A DNA stretch of 64,000 nt from an uncultured delta proteobacterium (GTDB lineage Bacteria; Myxococcota_A; UBA9160; SZUA-336). Under the pieces are notes generated by a model. It did not search any database. It worked only from the letters and a program-made list of their open reading frames with translations, and was not told the DNA's origin. The stretch lies in NCBI GenBank assembly GCA_963704165.1, contig CAVPHD010000004.1, positions 32,001 to 96,000 on the forward strand. The letters are read 5' to 3'. This document shows, in pieces, positions 19,672 to 30,113 of the stretch (position 1 is its first letter; the number at the start of each line of letters is the position of its first letter). The position numbers and the translations under genes were made by a program.

Positions 19672-20477
19672 CCGTTGACCTCTTCGAGCGGGTTCTCGCC
19701 CGCGGCCGAGACCGCGCCGAAGACGGCGTTCAGTCCGCCATCGACGCTGAGCGCGACCCCGGTGATGAACGACGCCTCATCGGAAAGCAGGAACGCGACG
19801 GTGCGGCCGACGTCCACCGGCTCGCCGACGCGCCCGATCGGGTGGATCCGCGCGAAGATTCCCTCGGTGAAGACCTTGTTTCCGTGAAGCGGGCCGAGGA
19901 TCGGTGTGTCGATCACGCCGGGGCAGACGGCGTTCACGCGGATCTTGTGGGGTGCAAGGTCGGCCATCGCGCACTTCATCAGGCCGAGCACGCCGTGCTT
20001 CGACGCGCAGTAGCTGCCCATCGCCCCGCCGCCGCGCAGCCCCGCGTCGGACGACGTGATCACGATCGCCCCGCCGCCCGCGTCACGGATCGCGCGGGCC
20101 GACGCCTGCAGTCCGTAGAAGACGCCCGAGAGATTCACGGCGATCGTTTTCGCCCACTCGTCGAGCGGCGTGTCGAGCACGTTCGATGTGGCCGCGATGC
20201 CCGCGTTCAGGTGCGCGAGCTCGAGCTTCCCGAAGTGCTTGCGCGTCGCTTCGACCGCGCGAAGGTTGTCGTCGGGATCGGTCACGTCGAGGCGCAGGCC
20301 GATCGCCTCTCCGCCCGCGCGCGCGATTTCCTTCGCGACCGCCTCGGCGCCCTCCGCGTTCAGATCCGCGCACGCCACGCGTGCGCCCTCGCTCGCGAGT
20401 ACGAGCGCGCTGCCACGGCCGATGCCCGACGCTGCGCCCGTCACCAGTGCCACCTTGCCCGAGAGTCGCCCCGCCAT
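19668..20477 (-). CDS. SDR-family oxidoreductase
   Basis: TGAASGIG, LNAG, YCASK, VDGG. Confidence 0.9.
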   Translation of the reverse strand: MAGRLSGKVALVTGAASGIGRGSALVLASEGARVACADLNAEGAEAVAKEIARAGGEAIGLRLDVTDPDDNLRAVEATRKHFGKLELAHLNAGIAATSNVLDTPLDEWAKTIAVNLSGVFYGLQASARAIRDAGGGAIVITSSDAGLRGGGAMGSYCASKHGVLGLMKCAMADLAPHKIRVNAVCPGVIDTPILGPLHGNKVFTEGIFARIHPIGRVGEPVDVGRTVAFLLSDEASFITGVALSVDGGLNAVFGAVSAAGENPLEEVNG

Positions 20478-20568
20478 CGCCTGTCCTCCGTGTTCCGCCG
20501 AGCATATCCCGGACGGACGTCTCGTTGCGAGGCGCGAGGCGCGGCTTCGCTCGGCTATCCTGCGCACC

Positions 20569-21480
20569 GTGGGGAAGCCCGTCGTCTCGTCTCGACGCGT
20601 GGTCGTCGTGTCGCTCCTGGTCGACGTCCTCGACGTCGTCACCACGCTGGTCGTCGCCGTCCTCACCGGCAGCGCGGTCGTCTTCGCGGAGATGGTCCAG
20701 GGGATCGCGGACGTCGCGGGGTCCTCTCTTCTCGTCGTCGGCGAGCGTCGCTCGCGCTTGCCCGGCGATGCCGCGTACCCGTTTGGATATCGACGCGAGA
20801 TCTTCTTCTGGTCGCTGCTCTCGGCCGTGATCATGCTCTTCGTCGGTGGCGGGCTTTCCTTCTGGCGCGGCTACCGGCAGCTCGTCGAGCCCGGAGTCGT
20901 GAGTCACCCGCTTCTCGCGCTCGCGGTGCTCGTCCTGTCGGTAGTCACGAACGCGTACGCGGTGGGACTGAGCGCGCGCCGGCTCGTCGCGATGCAGGGC
21001 AGCCTGCTCGTCGCCCTGCGCACGCACGGACATCCGTTGGTGAAGACCGCGTTTCTGCGCGACGCCGTCGGGACGACCTCCGCGGTACTCGGCTCGGTCG
21101 CCCTGATCCTGCATGCTGCGTACGGGGCCGTCTACTTCGACGCCCTGGGGGCCCTGGTCGTGGCGGTCCTATTGGTTGCTTTCTCGCTCGTGGTGATCGT
21201 CCAGGCGCGAGCGCTGATCGCGGGACGAGCCGTCCCGGCGCACGAACTCGAGCGAATCCGCGAGGCGGTTTGCGAGACCCCCGGCGTCGTCGCGCTGAAC
21301 CGGCTGGCGGCGGTCCACTCCGGGGCCTCCGAGGTCCACGTCGAGCTCGACCTCGACCTCGACGCCGATCTCGACACGACGGGAATCGAGGGCCTGCTCG
21401 ACGAGATCCAGCGACGCATCCGCGCCGTCGTTCCCGGGACCGACTCCGTTCGCGTGGACTTGAACTCGCCGCATCCCTGA
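20569..21480 (+). CDS. Cation diffusion facilitator (CDF) transporter
   Basis: About six TM segments, YPFGYRRE.FFW loop and C-terminal cytoplasmic domain. Confidence 0.8.
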   Translation: MGKPVVSSRRVVVVSLLVDVLDVVTTLVVAVLTGSAVVFAEMVQGIADVAGSSLLVVGERRSRLPGDAAYPFGYRREIFFWSLLSAVIMLFVGGGLSFWRGYRQLVEPGVVSHPLLALAVLVLSVVTNAYAVGLSARRLVAMQGSLLVALRTHGHPLVKTAFLRDAVGTTSAVLGSVALILHAAYGAVYFDALGALVVAVLLVAFSLVVIVQARALIAGRAVPAHELERIREAVCETPGVVALNRLAAVHSGASEVHVELDLDLDADLDTTGIEGLLDEIQRRIRAVVPGTDSVRVDLNSPHP

Positions 21481-21574
21481 TCGCGGCCGGTCGGGGGTCC
21501 TGCGTCAACCTGCCGCATCCGCATTTCGGGTATGCGCCGCTAGCTTGCGTCGGAACATCGCGGATGGCATCGGG

Positions 21575-22387
21575 ATGAACGGCTTCGAGAACACGCTCGC
21601 CACGACGACGGCACACGCGGGGATCGCGGGCCTCTTTCCGCGCGCTCGCGGTGGCCCCGTCGCTCGTCGCGTGCCGACCCGACTCGTCGCTCCGGAGCCG
21701 CTGCCGCCGGGACGTCGCTCGCGAAACGGTGGCTGGCTCGCTCTCTCCGTGCTCCTGCACGCCGTCGTGCTCGCCGTTCTTCTGCTCTGGCCGGTTCGAC
21801 ACGAAAATGTGTCGACCGAGGTGATCCCGATCGCCTGGGTGCTCGTCGAGCCCGAGCCGGAATTCGCGCCCGCCTCGTTCGCGCCCGTTGCGCGGGCCGA
21901 GCCCGTGCCGGTGCCGGAGCAGGCGCTGCCGCGCCATGGCCCCACCACACGCCCGCCCGCAAAGCCGCAGCCGCTCCGCGACGCGACTCCGGCGCCCGCC
22001 GCCCCGCCCGCGCCGACGTCGGCAGCGGCGGATCCGCAGTCGGCCGCCGAGGCGGCCACCGCGCCGGTCGGAGAGGGCGGCCGCACACGGGCCGGACACG
22101 GCGCGGGCAGGGTGCGCACCTGGATGCCCCGTGGCGGGTCGCAGCCGCCGCCCGTCTACCCGGCCCGCGCGCGGCGCGCCGGGATCGAAGGCACGGCGGA
22201 GGTCGAGCTCTTGCTCGAGTCCAGTGGCCGCGTTTCGCAGGTGCGGCTGCACGGCTCGTCTGGCGACGAGGGTCTCGACGTCGCGGCCCTCGATGCGGTT
22301 CGGCGCTGGCGCTTCGACCGGCCGCCGTCGGAGGCGAGCTGGCGCGGTCGTTGGTTCCTGGTCCCGATCAAGTTCAGGCTGGAGTGA
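21575..22387 (+). CDS. tonB: Energy transducer TonB-family protein (start uncertain)
   Basis: TM helix SVLLH, Pro-rich linker, C-terminal YPARARRAGIEG...SSG...LD.AAL.AV..WRF. Confidence 0.85.
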   Translation: MNGFENTLATTTAHAGIAGLFPRARGGPVARRVPTRLVAPEPLPPGRRSRNGGWLALSVLLHAVVLAVLLLWPVRHENVSTEVIPIAWVLVEPEPEFAPASFAPVARAEPVPVPEQALPRHGPTTRPPAKPQPLRDATPAPAAPPAPTSAAADPQSAAEAATAPVGEGGRTRAGHGAGRVRTWMPRGGSQPPPVYPARARRAGIEGTAEVELLLESSGRVSQVRLHGSSGDEGLDVAALDAVRRWRFDRPPSEASWRGRWFLVPIKFRLE

Positions 22388-22441
22388 GTGGACGTTCGCC
22401 AGCCTGGGAATGCCGATCACAAGCAATCAGTGGAGATACGC

Positions 22442-23284
22442 ATGTTCGGAAGCCAGATCCATTCGAGGTTCGCAAGCCGGTGGCTCGTACTGGCCGCGGC
22501 TGTCGCTCTTCTCGGGCATGCAGCCGCTGCATCGGCCGCCTCGATGCCACCCTCGTGGATGCCCATGACGATGCTGGTCGTGTCCTACGACACGGCCACG
22601 CAGCGCCTCGACGTCCAGGACCCATCGGCGCCAGTGCTGTTGGCGTACGACACGAACGCCATGGGCGGGCCGGATTGGACCGCTTCGACGTTTGCGGACT
22701 TCGATCCCGTCGAGCCCTGGTCGGTGCTGCAGAACAGCGCGTTCAGCCGGCAGCTCGGTTGGTGGGCCGGCAGCGGATCCGCATCGATCACGCTGCAGTC
22801 GGACATCGAGGCCGCCTTCGGGCCGGGAGCGAGCATCTGGATCCAATCGATCTCGATCTCGCACGGTCTGGAGAGCTACCTCGCCGTCGGGCGGTACGGG
22901 GTGAATGTCGACAACACGACGACGGTCGACCCCAACGCTGACGGCTACTCGGGCATCTTCGGTACTGCGGGCAGCAGCGCGCGATGGCAGTGGGACTATC
23001 AGATGGACCACAACACCTACGCCGTGTCCTGGGACCACCTGGCGCCGAACCAGCAGTACTCGGCCACGTACAAGGTCTACATCGGAGATGCCTCCGGCAC
23101 CGAACTCGCTGGCGCGGTCGCTGCGAGCAGCATCGAGACGTGGACCTGGTCGGCACCGGCCTCGGTTCCGGTACCCGAGCCCGCGATGGGCGGCCCCCTG
23201 CTGGCGGGTCTGGTCGGACTGCTCGCGTTCGGCAGGCGGCGAGTCATCCGCGCGGATTCCTCGAAGAAGAAACCCGGAGCATGA
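22442..23284 (+). CDS. Secreted PEP-CTERM protein, Met/Trp-rich
   Basis: Signal peptide; C-terminal VPEP + hydrophobic helix + RRR. Confidence 0.8.
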   Translation: MFGSQIHSRFASRWLVLAAAVALLGHAAAASAASMPPSWMPMTMLVVSYDTATQRLDVQDPSAPVLLAYDTNAMGGPDWTASTFADFDPVEPWSVLQNSAFSRQLGWWAGSGSASITLQSDIEAAFGPGASIWIQSISISHGLESYLAVGRYGVNVDNTTTVDPNADGYSGIFGTAGSSARWQWDYQMDHNTYAVSWDHLAPNQQYSATYKVYIGDASGTELAGAVAASSIETWTWSAPASVPVPEPAMGGPLLAGLVGLLAFGRRRVIRADSSKKKPGA

Positions 23285-23955
23285 CGAAGGCGATTCTGAT
23301 CGCGAGCCTGCTCTCGCTCCTTGCCGTCGCTCCTGTTGGAGAGGCCGGTGTCACGACATATCTCGTCGTTGCGACTTTCCGCGAGCCCGATACCCAGCCC
23401 AACGACACGATCTTCACGGGTTCGTTCGTGTACGACGATGTGCTTCTGCAGGTGTCGAGTCTGCAGGGTCAGCTCACTGAGTCGATGACCGGAATGCCGG
23501 GCGGAGGCGGCATGAATCAGCTCGTGCTCGGCCATCAGCTCTCGTCGATCCACCACGCAGCGCTCGGCGGCCTGCTCGTGACCACGTTCCTGAGGAACTC
23601 CACGCCGACCCTCTCGACGATGGGCGGCGGCGACGGGTGGACGCCGGGTACCGGATATGGGCTCTATTACGGCTTCCCCGGCGCCAATCCCGGAAACGCC
23701 TACGTCAGGATCTTCGTCAACACGGCGAATCCGACGGCGCCGCCGACGCAAGCCCAGATCGACAAGCTCGCGTATGCGGACTGCGCTCCCAACGGAATGA
23801 TGGGCGCGACCTGCATGACGGGAACGACGGTGGCGGGGTACGGCACGATCGGAACGATGAGCGGGTACCCCATCTCGCAGGTGATCACGGCGATGCCGGC
23901 CGTTCCCGTCTTTCCGCTGGGCGCGGATCGCAGGACGACAGAGTCCGCCTGGTGA
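23281..23955 (+). CDS. Secreted Met/Cys-containing hypothetical protein
   Basis: ATG at 23281 overlaps the upstream stop; signal peptide; motif YADCAPNGMMGATCMTG. Confidence 0.75.
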   Translation: MTKAILIASLLSLLAVAPVGEAGVTTYLVVATFREPDTQPNDTIFTGSFVYDDVLLQVSSLQGQLTESMTGMPGGGGMNQLVLGHQLSSIHHAALGGLLVTTFLRNSTPTLSTMGGGDGWTPGTGYGLYYGFPGANPGNAYVRIFVNTANPTAPPTQAQIDKLAYADCAPNGMMGATCMTGTTVAGYGTIGTMSGYPISQVITAMPAVPVFPLGADRRTTESAW

Positions 23956-24037
23956 GTCCGGCGGGTTGAGGGTGCCGCCACGAGTCTCGTGGGAACGTCG
24001 CCTCCACTGAGTCACGAGCCCATGGAGCGCCATTCGC

Positions 24038-26303
24038 ATGTCCCTAGCTCTCTTGCTCGCCGTGCTTCTCGTTGCGACTTCGTTCGAGGTCTCGGCAGAG
24101 GAGCCAGCGACGGACTCGGACGCAACCACGCCCATCGAATCGACGGAATCGTCCGACGAGGACGCCGCGCCGGTCTCACTCGACGAGGTCGTCGTCACGG
24201 GTGCCAAGCCAAGCGAGTCACCCGTGTCAGGCACGCGCATTGGTGAGCCAGAGCTCGCCTCGCGCCGCGCGTCGGCGACCGACACCGCACGCCTGCTGGA
24301 AGACGTTCCCGGCGTGAGCCTCTACGGCGGCGGTGGCATTTCGAGCCAGCCCGCGATCCATGGTCTGGCCGACGATCGGTTGCGCGTCCAGGTGGACGGG
24401 ATGGACGTCACCTCCGCGTGCTCCAACCACATGAACTCGCCGCTCTCGTACATCAGCCCGAGCCAGGTTCGCAGCGTCACCGTATTCGCCGGCCTCACGC
24501 CGGTCAGCGTCGGCGGAAACAGCGTCGGCGGCACGATCCAGGTCGAGTCCGCTCCGCCCGAGTTCGCAAGCGCACCGGACGAGGTTCTCACCCGCGGGCA
24601 TCTCGGCGGTTTCGTGCGCAGCAATGGCAACGGCATCGGGTACGACGTCGCCGCAGCGGTCGCAGGACGGGATCTGCGTGTCTCGTACAGTGAGTCGACC
24701 GCGCGATCCGACGACTACTTCGCCGGCGACTCGTTCAAGGCCGCGGGTCAGGCCGCGCCTCTGCGCGGTTGGCTGGACGGGGACGAGGTGGGATCGAGCG
24801 CCTGGGACGGCACCACGAACCGCGACGTCGGGCTCGCGTTCCGGCGCGAAGGGCATCTGCTGCAGCTGAACCTCGGCCGACAGAACGTCGGCTTCGAGGG
24901 CTTTCCGAACCAACGCATGGACCTGACCTCCAACGAGAACACGCTCGGCAACTTGCGCTACACGGGGCAGTTCGATTGGGGCGCGCTGCAGGTGCGGCTC
25001 TTCGACCAGGACACGCGCCACGAGATGGACATGGGTCCGGACCGGTTCTTCTACGGCTTCGGCATGCCGATGGACTCGGAGGCGACGAATCGAGGCGCGA
25101 ACGTGAAGGCGAGCATCGAGCTCTCGGACCGACACGTTCTGGGCGTGGGAAGTGAGTACCTGACGTACCGTCTCGACGACTGGTGGTCGCCGGTCGGGGC
25201 CAGCGGCTCGATGTGCTGCGAGAAGTTCTGGAACGTGAGAGATGGTGAGCAGAGCCGCCTCGGAGCCTACGCAGAGTGGGAAGCGCGCTGGAGTCCGACG
25301 TGGCTCAGCCTGGTGGGAGTTCGCTGGGATCTCGTGTCCTCCGATGCGGGAGACGTGCAGGGCTACAACGACAGCATGTCGATCTGGAGCAACGACGCCG
25401 CGGCGTTCAATGCGCGCGACCATCGCCGATCGGACAGCCACGTCGATCTGGTGGCGCTGCTTCGCTGGGTCCCGCACGAGATGGCCACGATCGAAGGCGG
25501 CTACGCGCGAAAGACCCGCTCACCGAACCTGTACGAGCGTTACGCATGGTCGACGAACGCCATGGCCGCGTTGATGAACAACTTCGTCGGCGACGGTAAC
25601 GGCTACATCGGCCGGATCGATCTCGAGCCGGAGGTCGCCCACACGCTGAGCGCTTCGGGCGAGCTGCACGACGCGGACCAGAGCGCATGGAGCGTGAAGG
25701 CGACGTTGTACGCGACCAGGATCAACGACTTCATCGACGCTCGCCGCTGTGACTTCGGCCAGTGCAGCGCGGCGAACTCCACGGCGATCGACTCCTTCGT
25801 CTTTCTCCAGTACGCGAATCAGTCGGCGTGGCTCCATGGGGTGGACCTCTCCGGTCACTGGCTCCTGGGGCGATCCGATCGATTCGGCGGCATCACGGCG
25901 CGGGGTTCGCTCAGCTACGTGCGCGGACGGAACCGGAAGACGGACGACGATCTCTACAACATCATGCCGCTCAACGGAAAGCTCGCGCTGGTGCACGACC
26001 TCGGCGGCTGGACCAGCGCCGTCGAGTTCAGTGCGGTCGCATCGAAGACGCGGGTCTCGTCGGTGCGGAACGAAGTGCAGACGGGCAACTATTCTCTGGT
26101 CGACCTGCGCACCAGCTACACGTTCGCCCACGCCCGCGTCGACCTCTCGCATCGAGAACCTCTTCGACCGCTTCTACTCGGAGCCTCTGGGGGGCGCCTA
26201 CCTCGGACAGGGACTCTCGATGTCTACGTTCACCATCCCCTGGGGAACCCCGGTTCCCGGCGCGGGACGGTCGGTGAACGTCGCACTGAGCCTCGACTTC
26301 TGA
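24038..26303 (+). CDS. TonB-dependent receptor, OprC-like (putative copper), with a frameshift near 26150
   Basis: TonB box DEVVVTG; plug motif ACSNHMNSPLSYI; IENLFD...GRSVNVALSLDF with terminal Phe in the shifted frame. Confidence 0.85.
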
Positions 26304-26408
26304 GCGCACGCCGAGCGGCTCTGCGGATTCGAGCACCGAGCTCGATCCGCGCGTTCGGGGTCGAACCGGTACTTCCATTCGAGAGCGGGTCGCGCCCGTG
26401 GCGGGATC

Positions 26409-27776
26409 TCAGGCGGCGATCGCGGAGATCGGCCAGCGCAACGTCACCGCGAGCCCGTTCCCGCCCGGCCCCGCGTCGAGCTCGAGTGCGGCCCCGTGGA
26501 GCGTGGCGATCCGCTTCGCGATCGCAAGGCCGAGGCCGGCGCCGCCCTCGTCGTTTCCGAGACCGCGGTAGAAGCGATCGAGAACCCGCGCGCGCTCCGC
26601 GGCCGGAATTCCCGGGCCCTGGTCGAGGACTCGCAGCCAGGCCTGCGACGGGCTGCGTCCGATCTCGATTCTCACCTCGCTTCCTCCGATTCCGTAGCGG
26701 AGCGCGTTGTCGGCAAGGTTGCGAATCAACACGTGCAGGAGAGGCGCGTCGGCGCGCACCGTGATCGGCGCCTCCTCCCGGAGCTCCATGTTCACACCGC
26801 GAGAGTGCGCGCTCGGGGCGATCTCGGCGAGCACTTCACGCGCGATGCGTCCGAGGTCACAGGGCGCGAGCCGCTCGCGGAACTCTCCTGCCTCGAGGCG
26901 CGCGAGCGTGAGAAGCTGCTCGGAGAGACGAGCGGCGCGGTCACAGCCCGAGATCACCTGATCGAGCGCGTGCGCACGCTCGTCGTCGCTTCGCGAAGCG
27001 CGTGCCACCTGCGCCTGCGCGCGGATCGCGGCCAGCGGCGTCCGCAGCTCGTGCGCGGCATCGGCGGTGAAGGCGCGCTCCCGCTCGAGCGATGCCTCGA
27101 TTCGCGCGAAGAGCTCGTTCAGTCGATCGACCAGGATGCGCACCTCGCGCGGAACGCGATCGATCCCGACCGGCTCGAGGCGCTGCGGATCGCGTGCGGC
27201 GACGGCTTCGGCGAGCGATCGCAGGGGGGCGAGCGCGCGCCCGATCGCGAGGATCAGGCCTGCGCCGAGGAGTGGCAGCGCGACCACGAGCGGTACGAGC
27301 AGGTGTCGTCCAATCTGTGCGCTGACCGCTTCCCGCGCGTCGACTCGTTCGGCCATCTGCACGAGCACGCGGCGATCCAGCGCCCAGGTGCTGAAGACCC
27401 GCCAGCGCACGCCGTCGATCCTGGCGTGACTGAAGCCCGTCTCCTTCGCAGAGAGCTTCTTTCGCGGCGCGTTCTTCGAGTGCAGGCGAAGAGCGCGACC
27501 GTGCTCCCAAACCTGGAACGCGACGTTTCGCGCGTAGCGGTGGAGCTCGGGCGCGTGCTCGAGTTCGAGTTCGTCGTCGTCGTCGTCGTCGTCACCGCCC
27601 TCGGAGATCTGCGCGACGAGCAGGGCGGCCGATTGCGCGAGATGGGCGTCGAAGAGATCGTCCATCTCGTGGCGCGCGCGCAGCCAACCTGCGAGCGACA
27701 CGCCGAGCCACACGATCGACACCGCGCCGAGGACGGCACCGACGAGTCTGCCGCGGAGCGAGGCGGACCGGCTCAC
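26409..27776 (-). CDS. Sensor histidine kinase (QseC/PmrB-like)
   Basis: DAAHELRTPL, NLADNALRY, DQGPGI, GAGLGL; two TM helices; acidic periplasmic run. Confidence 0.92.
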   Translation of the reverse strand: MSRSASLRGRLVGAVLGAVSIVWLGVSLAGWLRARHEMDDLFDAHLAQSAALLVAQISEGGDDDDDDDELELEHAPELHRYARNVAFQVWEHGRALRLHSKNAPRKKLSAKETGFSHARIDGVRWRVFSTWALDRRVLVQMAERVDAREAVSAQIGRHLLVPLVVALPLLGAGLILAIGRALAPLRSLAEAVAARDPQRLEPVGIDRVPREVRILVDRLNELFARIEASLERERAFTADAAHELRTPLAAIRAQAQVARASRSDDERAHALDQVISGCDRAARLSEQLLTLARLEAGEFRERLAPCDLGRIAREVLAEIAPSAHSRGVNMELREEAPITVRADAPLLHVLIRNLADNALRYGIGGSEVRIEIGRSPSQAWLRVLDQGPGIPAAERARVLDRFYRGLGNDEGGAGLGLAIAKRIATLHGAALELDAGPGGNGLAVTLRWPISAIAA

Positions 27777-28438
27777 GTCAAGTCCTTCGGCAGCAGGTAG
27801 CCTACACCGCGAATGGTCACGATCACCTCGGGCGCGAGCTTTCGGCGCAGATGATGGACGTGGACCTCGATGGCATTCGACTCGACCTCCTCGCCCCAGC
27901 CGTACACGCGCTCGGCCAGCTGCTCCTTCGAGAGAACTCGCCCCGCGCTTCGCGCCAGCTCGTGCAGGAGCGCGAACTCGCGAACCGGGAGATCGACCGA
28001 GTGGCCGCGAAAGCGAACCGAGTGCGCGGAGGGATCGATCTCGAGCGGACCGACGGCGAGCACCGGCGCGGCCCGGCCGGCGGAGCGCCGGACCAGTGCG
28101 CGCAGCCGCGCCGCGAGTTCGCCGAGATCGACCGGTTTCACGAGATAGTCGTCAGCGCCCGCGTCGAGACCCGCGATGCGATCTGGAATGGCGTCGCGCG
28201 CGGTCAGGATCAGCACCGGAACGGCATTTCCCGCCGCCCGCAGGCGCTTCAGCAAGTCCAACCCCGAGAGCTTCGGGAGCCCGAGGTCGAGCACGACGGC
28301 CGCAAACGGCCCGCCCGCGAGCGCGTCGAGCCCCGCGCTGCCGTCCCGCACCCAGTCCGCCGTGAAGCCGGCCTGCGCGAGGCCGACGCGAAGCGCGTCG
28401 CCGAGCAGTCGATCGTCTTCGACGACGAGCACTCGCAT
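27773..28438 (-). CDS. OmpR-family response regulator (QseB/PmrA-like)
   Basis: VVEDD, VLDLGLP, GADDYLVKP, TIRGVGY. Confidence 0.93.
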   Translation of the reverse strand: MRVLVVEDDRLLGDALRVGLAQAGFTADWVRDGSAGLDALAGGPFAAVVLDLGLPKLSGLDLLKRLRAAGNAVPVLILTARDAIPDRIAGLDAGADDYLVKPVDLGELAARLRALVRRSAGRAAPVLAVGPLEIDPSAHSVRFRGHSVDLPVREFALLHELARSAGRVLSKEQLAERVYGWGEEVESNAIEVHVHHLRRKLAPEVIVTIRGVGYLLPKDLT

Positions 28439-28467
28439 CGGCCGTTTCTTCCCCCGCGCTCTCGCGC

Positions 28468-29166
28468 TCAGTCCCTGTGCCCCGAGCGTACCCCTGAATG
28501 CTCGGTCGTCGCGGCGATGGAGACGCTCTGCAGGTTCGCCGCCAGCCGCCGCTCTCGGCCAATGATCCCCGGCAGCCACAGACCCGCCAGCGCAACCAGC
28601 AGCAGAAGCGCGGCGAGCGGACGCGAGCTCCGAATCCCGTCCTCCGGCGATCCGCGCTTGCGGCCCGTGACCAGCGAGAGCGCGAGGTTCTCGCGCTGCA
28701 ACACGCTCAACGCCACGACGCCGAGCACGTGCCCGACGACGGTGATGAGCATGACCGTGGCCGCGATCTCGTGGGCCTCTTCCAGCCACTCGCCGCCGAG
28801 CTCCGCATAGACCGCCCATCCCGAAGCCGCCACGGCGAAGCCGAGTCCGAGCAGCAGGGGGATCATCACGACCCCGGCCGGGCTGTGTCCGGCATGCCGT
28901 TCGGCTCGTCCCTGCACCAGCGACACCAGATAGGACCGGACCTTTGCGGGTCCGAAGCGCAGCGCCGAGAAACGCGCGTGGCGGCTGCCGACGAAGCCCC
29001 ACACGAGGCGGAACGCGATCGACGCCGCGAACGTGTAGCCGAAGAGGAGGTGCAGGTCGCGCAGTCGCTCGCTCTCCGCCGTCAGGAACGCCCCGACGAA
29101 GCTCGAAGCGAGCACCCAGTGGTAGATCCGTAGCGGCAGGTCCCATACGAGAATTCGCTCGTTCAT
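28468..29166 (-). CDS. Cytochrome b (Ni-hydrogenase b-type family) of the SHP operon
   Basis: VWDLPLRIYHW, FRLVWGFVG, GHSP, RENL...LVTGRK. Confidence 0.88.
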   Translation of the reverse strand: MNERILVWDLPLRIYHWVLASSFVGAFLTAESERLRDLHLLFGYTFAASIAFRLVWGFVGSRHARFSALRFGPAKVRSYLVSLVQGRAERHAGHSPAGVVMIPLLLGLGFAVAASGWAVYAELGGEWLEEAHEIAATVMLITVVGHVLGVVALSVLQRENLALSLVTGRKRGSPEDGIRSSRPLAALLLLVALAGLWLPGIIGRERRLAANLQSVSIAATTEHSGVRSGHRD

Positions 29167-29645
29167 TTCGTCTGTTCCTTCTTTGGCAGCCGCAGGCTGC
29201 GTTCGGAGTAGGAGCCCTGCGCGGCGCCGCGATGGCAGGCCGCGCAATTCGAGGGCTTCAGGGCGTCGGGTTCCCGCCAGAGGCGGTCGGGAACCTCGTC
29301 GTGCTCGTGGCGGAACCAGCGGGTCTCGGTGATGCGGAGGAGCGGAGCTCCGCCGTCGGCCGTCGGCCGGGATCGAGCGGAGCTCGACAGATGGGCGCGA
29401 ATCGTCTCGAGCGCGATCGGATCTACGCTCGCGTCGACGCCGAAGTGCCGATCGAGTCCGCCCAGGACGGCGCTCCACGAAGCCGCATCGAGCATTCGGC
29501 CGGGAAACGCGACGTGACAGGATCCGCATTCCTCGACGTAGTCCGGCGGAAGCGGCACGCGCGGCGAATCCGCTCGGCCCGAGTCCGATGCGAGAATCGA
29601 GACTGCGATGCTCGACAGGATCAGGCTCTTGATGCGGGTGCTCAT
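29163..29645 (-). CDS. Diheme cytochrome c (DHC)
   Basis: ECGSCH, HFGVDAS, RITETRWF, NCAACH. Confidence 0.9.
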   Translation of the reverse strand: MSTRIKSLILSSIAVSILASDSGRADSPRVPLPPDYVEECGSCHVAFPGRMLDAASWSAVLGGLDRHFGVDASVDPIALETIRAHLSSSARSRPTADGGAPLLRITETRWFRHEHDEVPDRLWREPDALKPSNCAACHRGAAQGSYSERSLRLPKKEQTK

Positions 29646-30061
29646 CGCGCGCCTCCTTCGCCCACCGTCATCAGCCAGACCAGTAGATCGCCCTTCTCCT
29701 GCGCGCTGCAGGGTCGCTTCAGGACGTCGTTGCAGTTGCGCCTGAACCACTTCTCGACGGTCGCGGGCCGGCTGAATCGCTTGGGATTCGCGGCGGGAGC
29801 GAGCGGCTCGATCGCCTGCCCGGTGACGACGTGCCTACCGGCCGCGCTCGGATTGCTGCCGTGACAGGAAGCGCAGCTCCAATCGCCACCGTGCGTGGCT
29901 CCGTAGAACGATTGACCCCGCGCGGCCGAGAAGCCAGCGAACGCGGGATCGGCGCTGCGCGCTTCGGTCGCCAGCGCGGCTTCGAAGTCCGCGGGCCGCT
30001 CGGCGCGAGCGGGCGAGACGCCGAGCGTCAGCGCCGCGGCGATCAAGATCGTGGATCGCAT
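29642..30061 (-). CDS. Sphaeroides heme protein (SHP/DUF1924) cytochrome c
   Basis: SCASCH and KWFRRNCNDVLKRPC. Confidence 0.9.
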   Translation of the reverse strand: MRSTILIAAALTLGVSPARAERPADFEAALATEARSADPAFAGFSAARGQSFYGATHGGDWSCASCHGSNPSAAGRHVVTGQAIEPLAPAANPKRFSRPATVEKWFRRNCNDVLKRPCSAQEKGDLLVWLMTVGEGGAR

Positions 30062-30113
30062 GGGCAGGAACCTCCGTCGAGGGATTCGACGGGGGGAATG
30101 CTCACGGCCGCTG

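Noticed and set aside
26340..26408. tRNA-like T-loop sequence (GGGGTCGAACCGG)
   Set aside because: I could not build an acceptor stem, D-arm or anticodon arm around it.
27571..27593. (GTC)n microsatellite as a phase-variation tract
   Set aside because: It is an in-frame trinucleotide run encoding poly-Asp, so length changes would not shift the frame.
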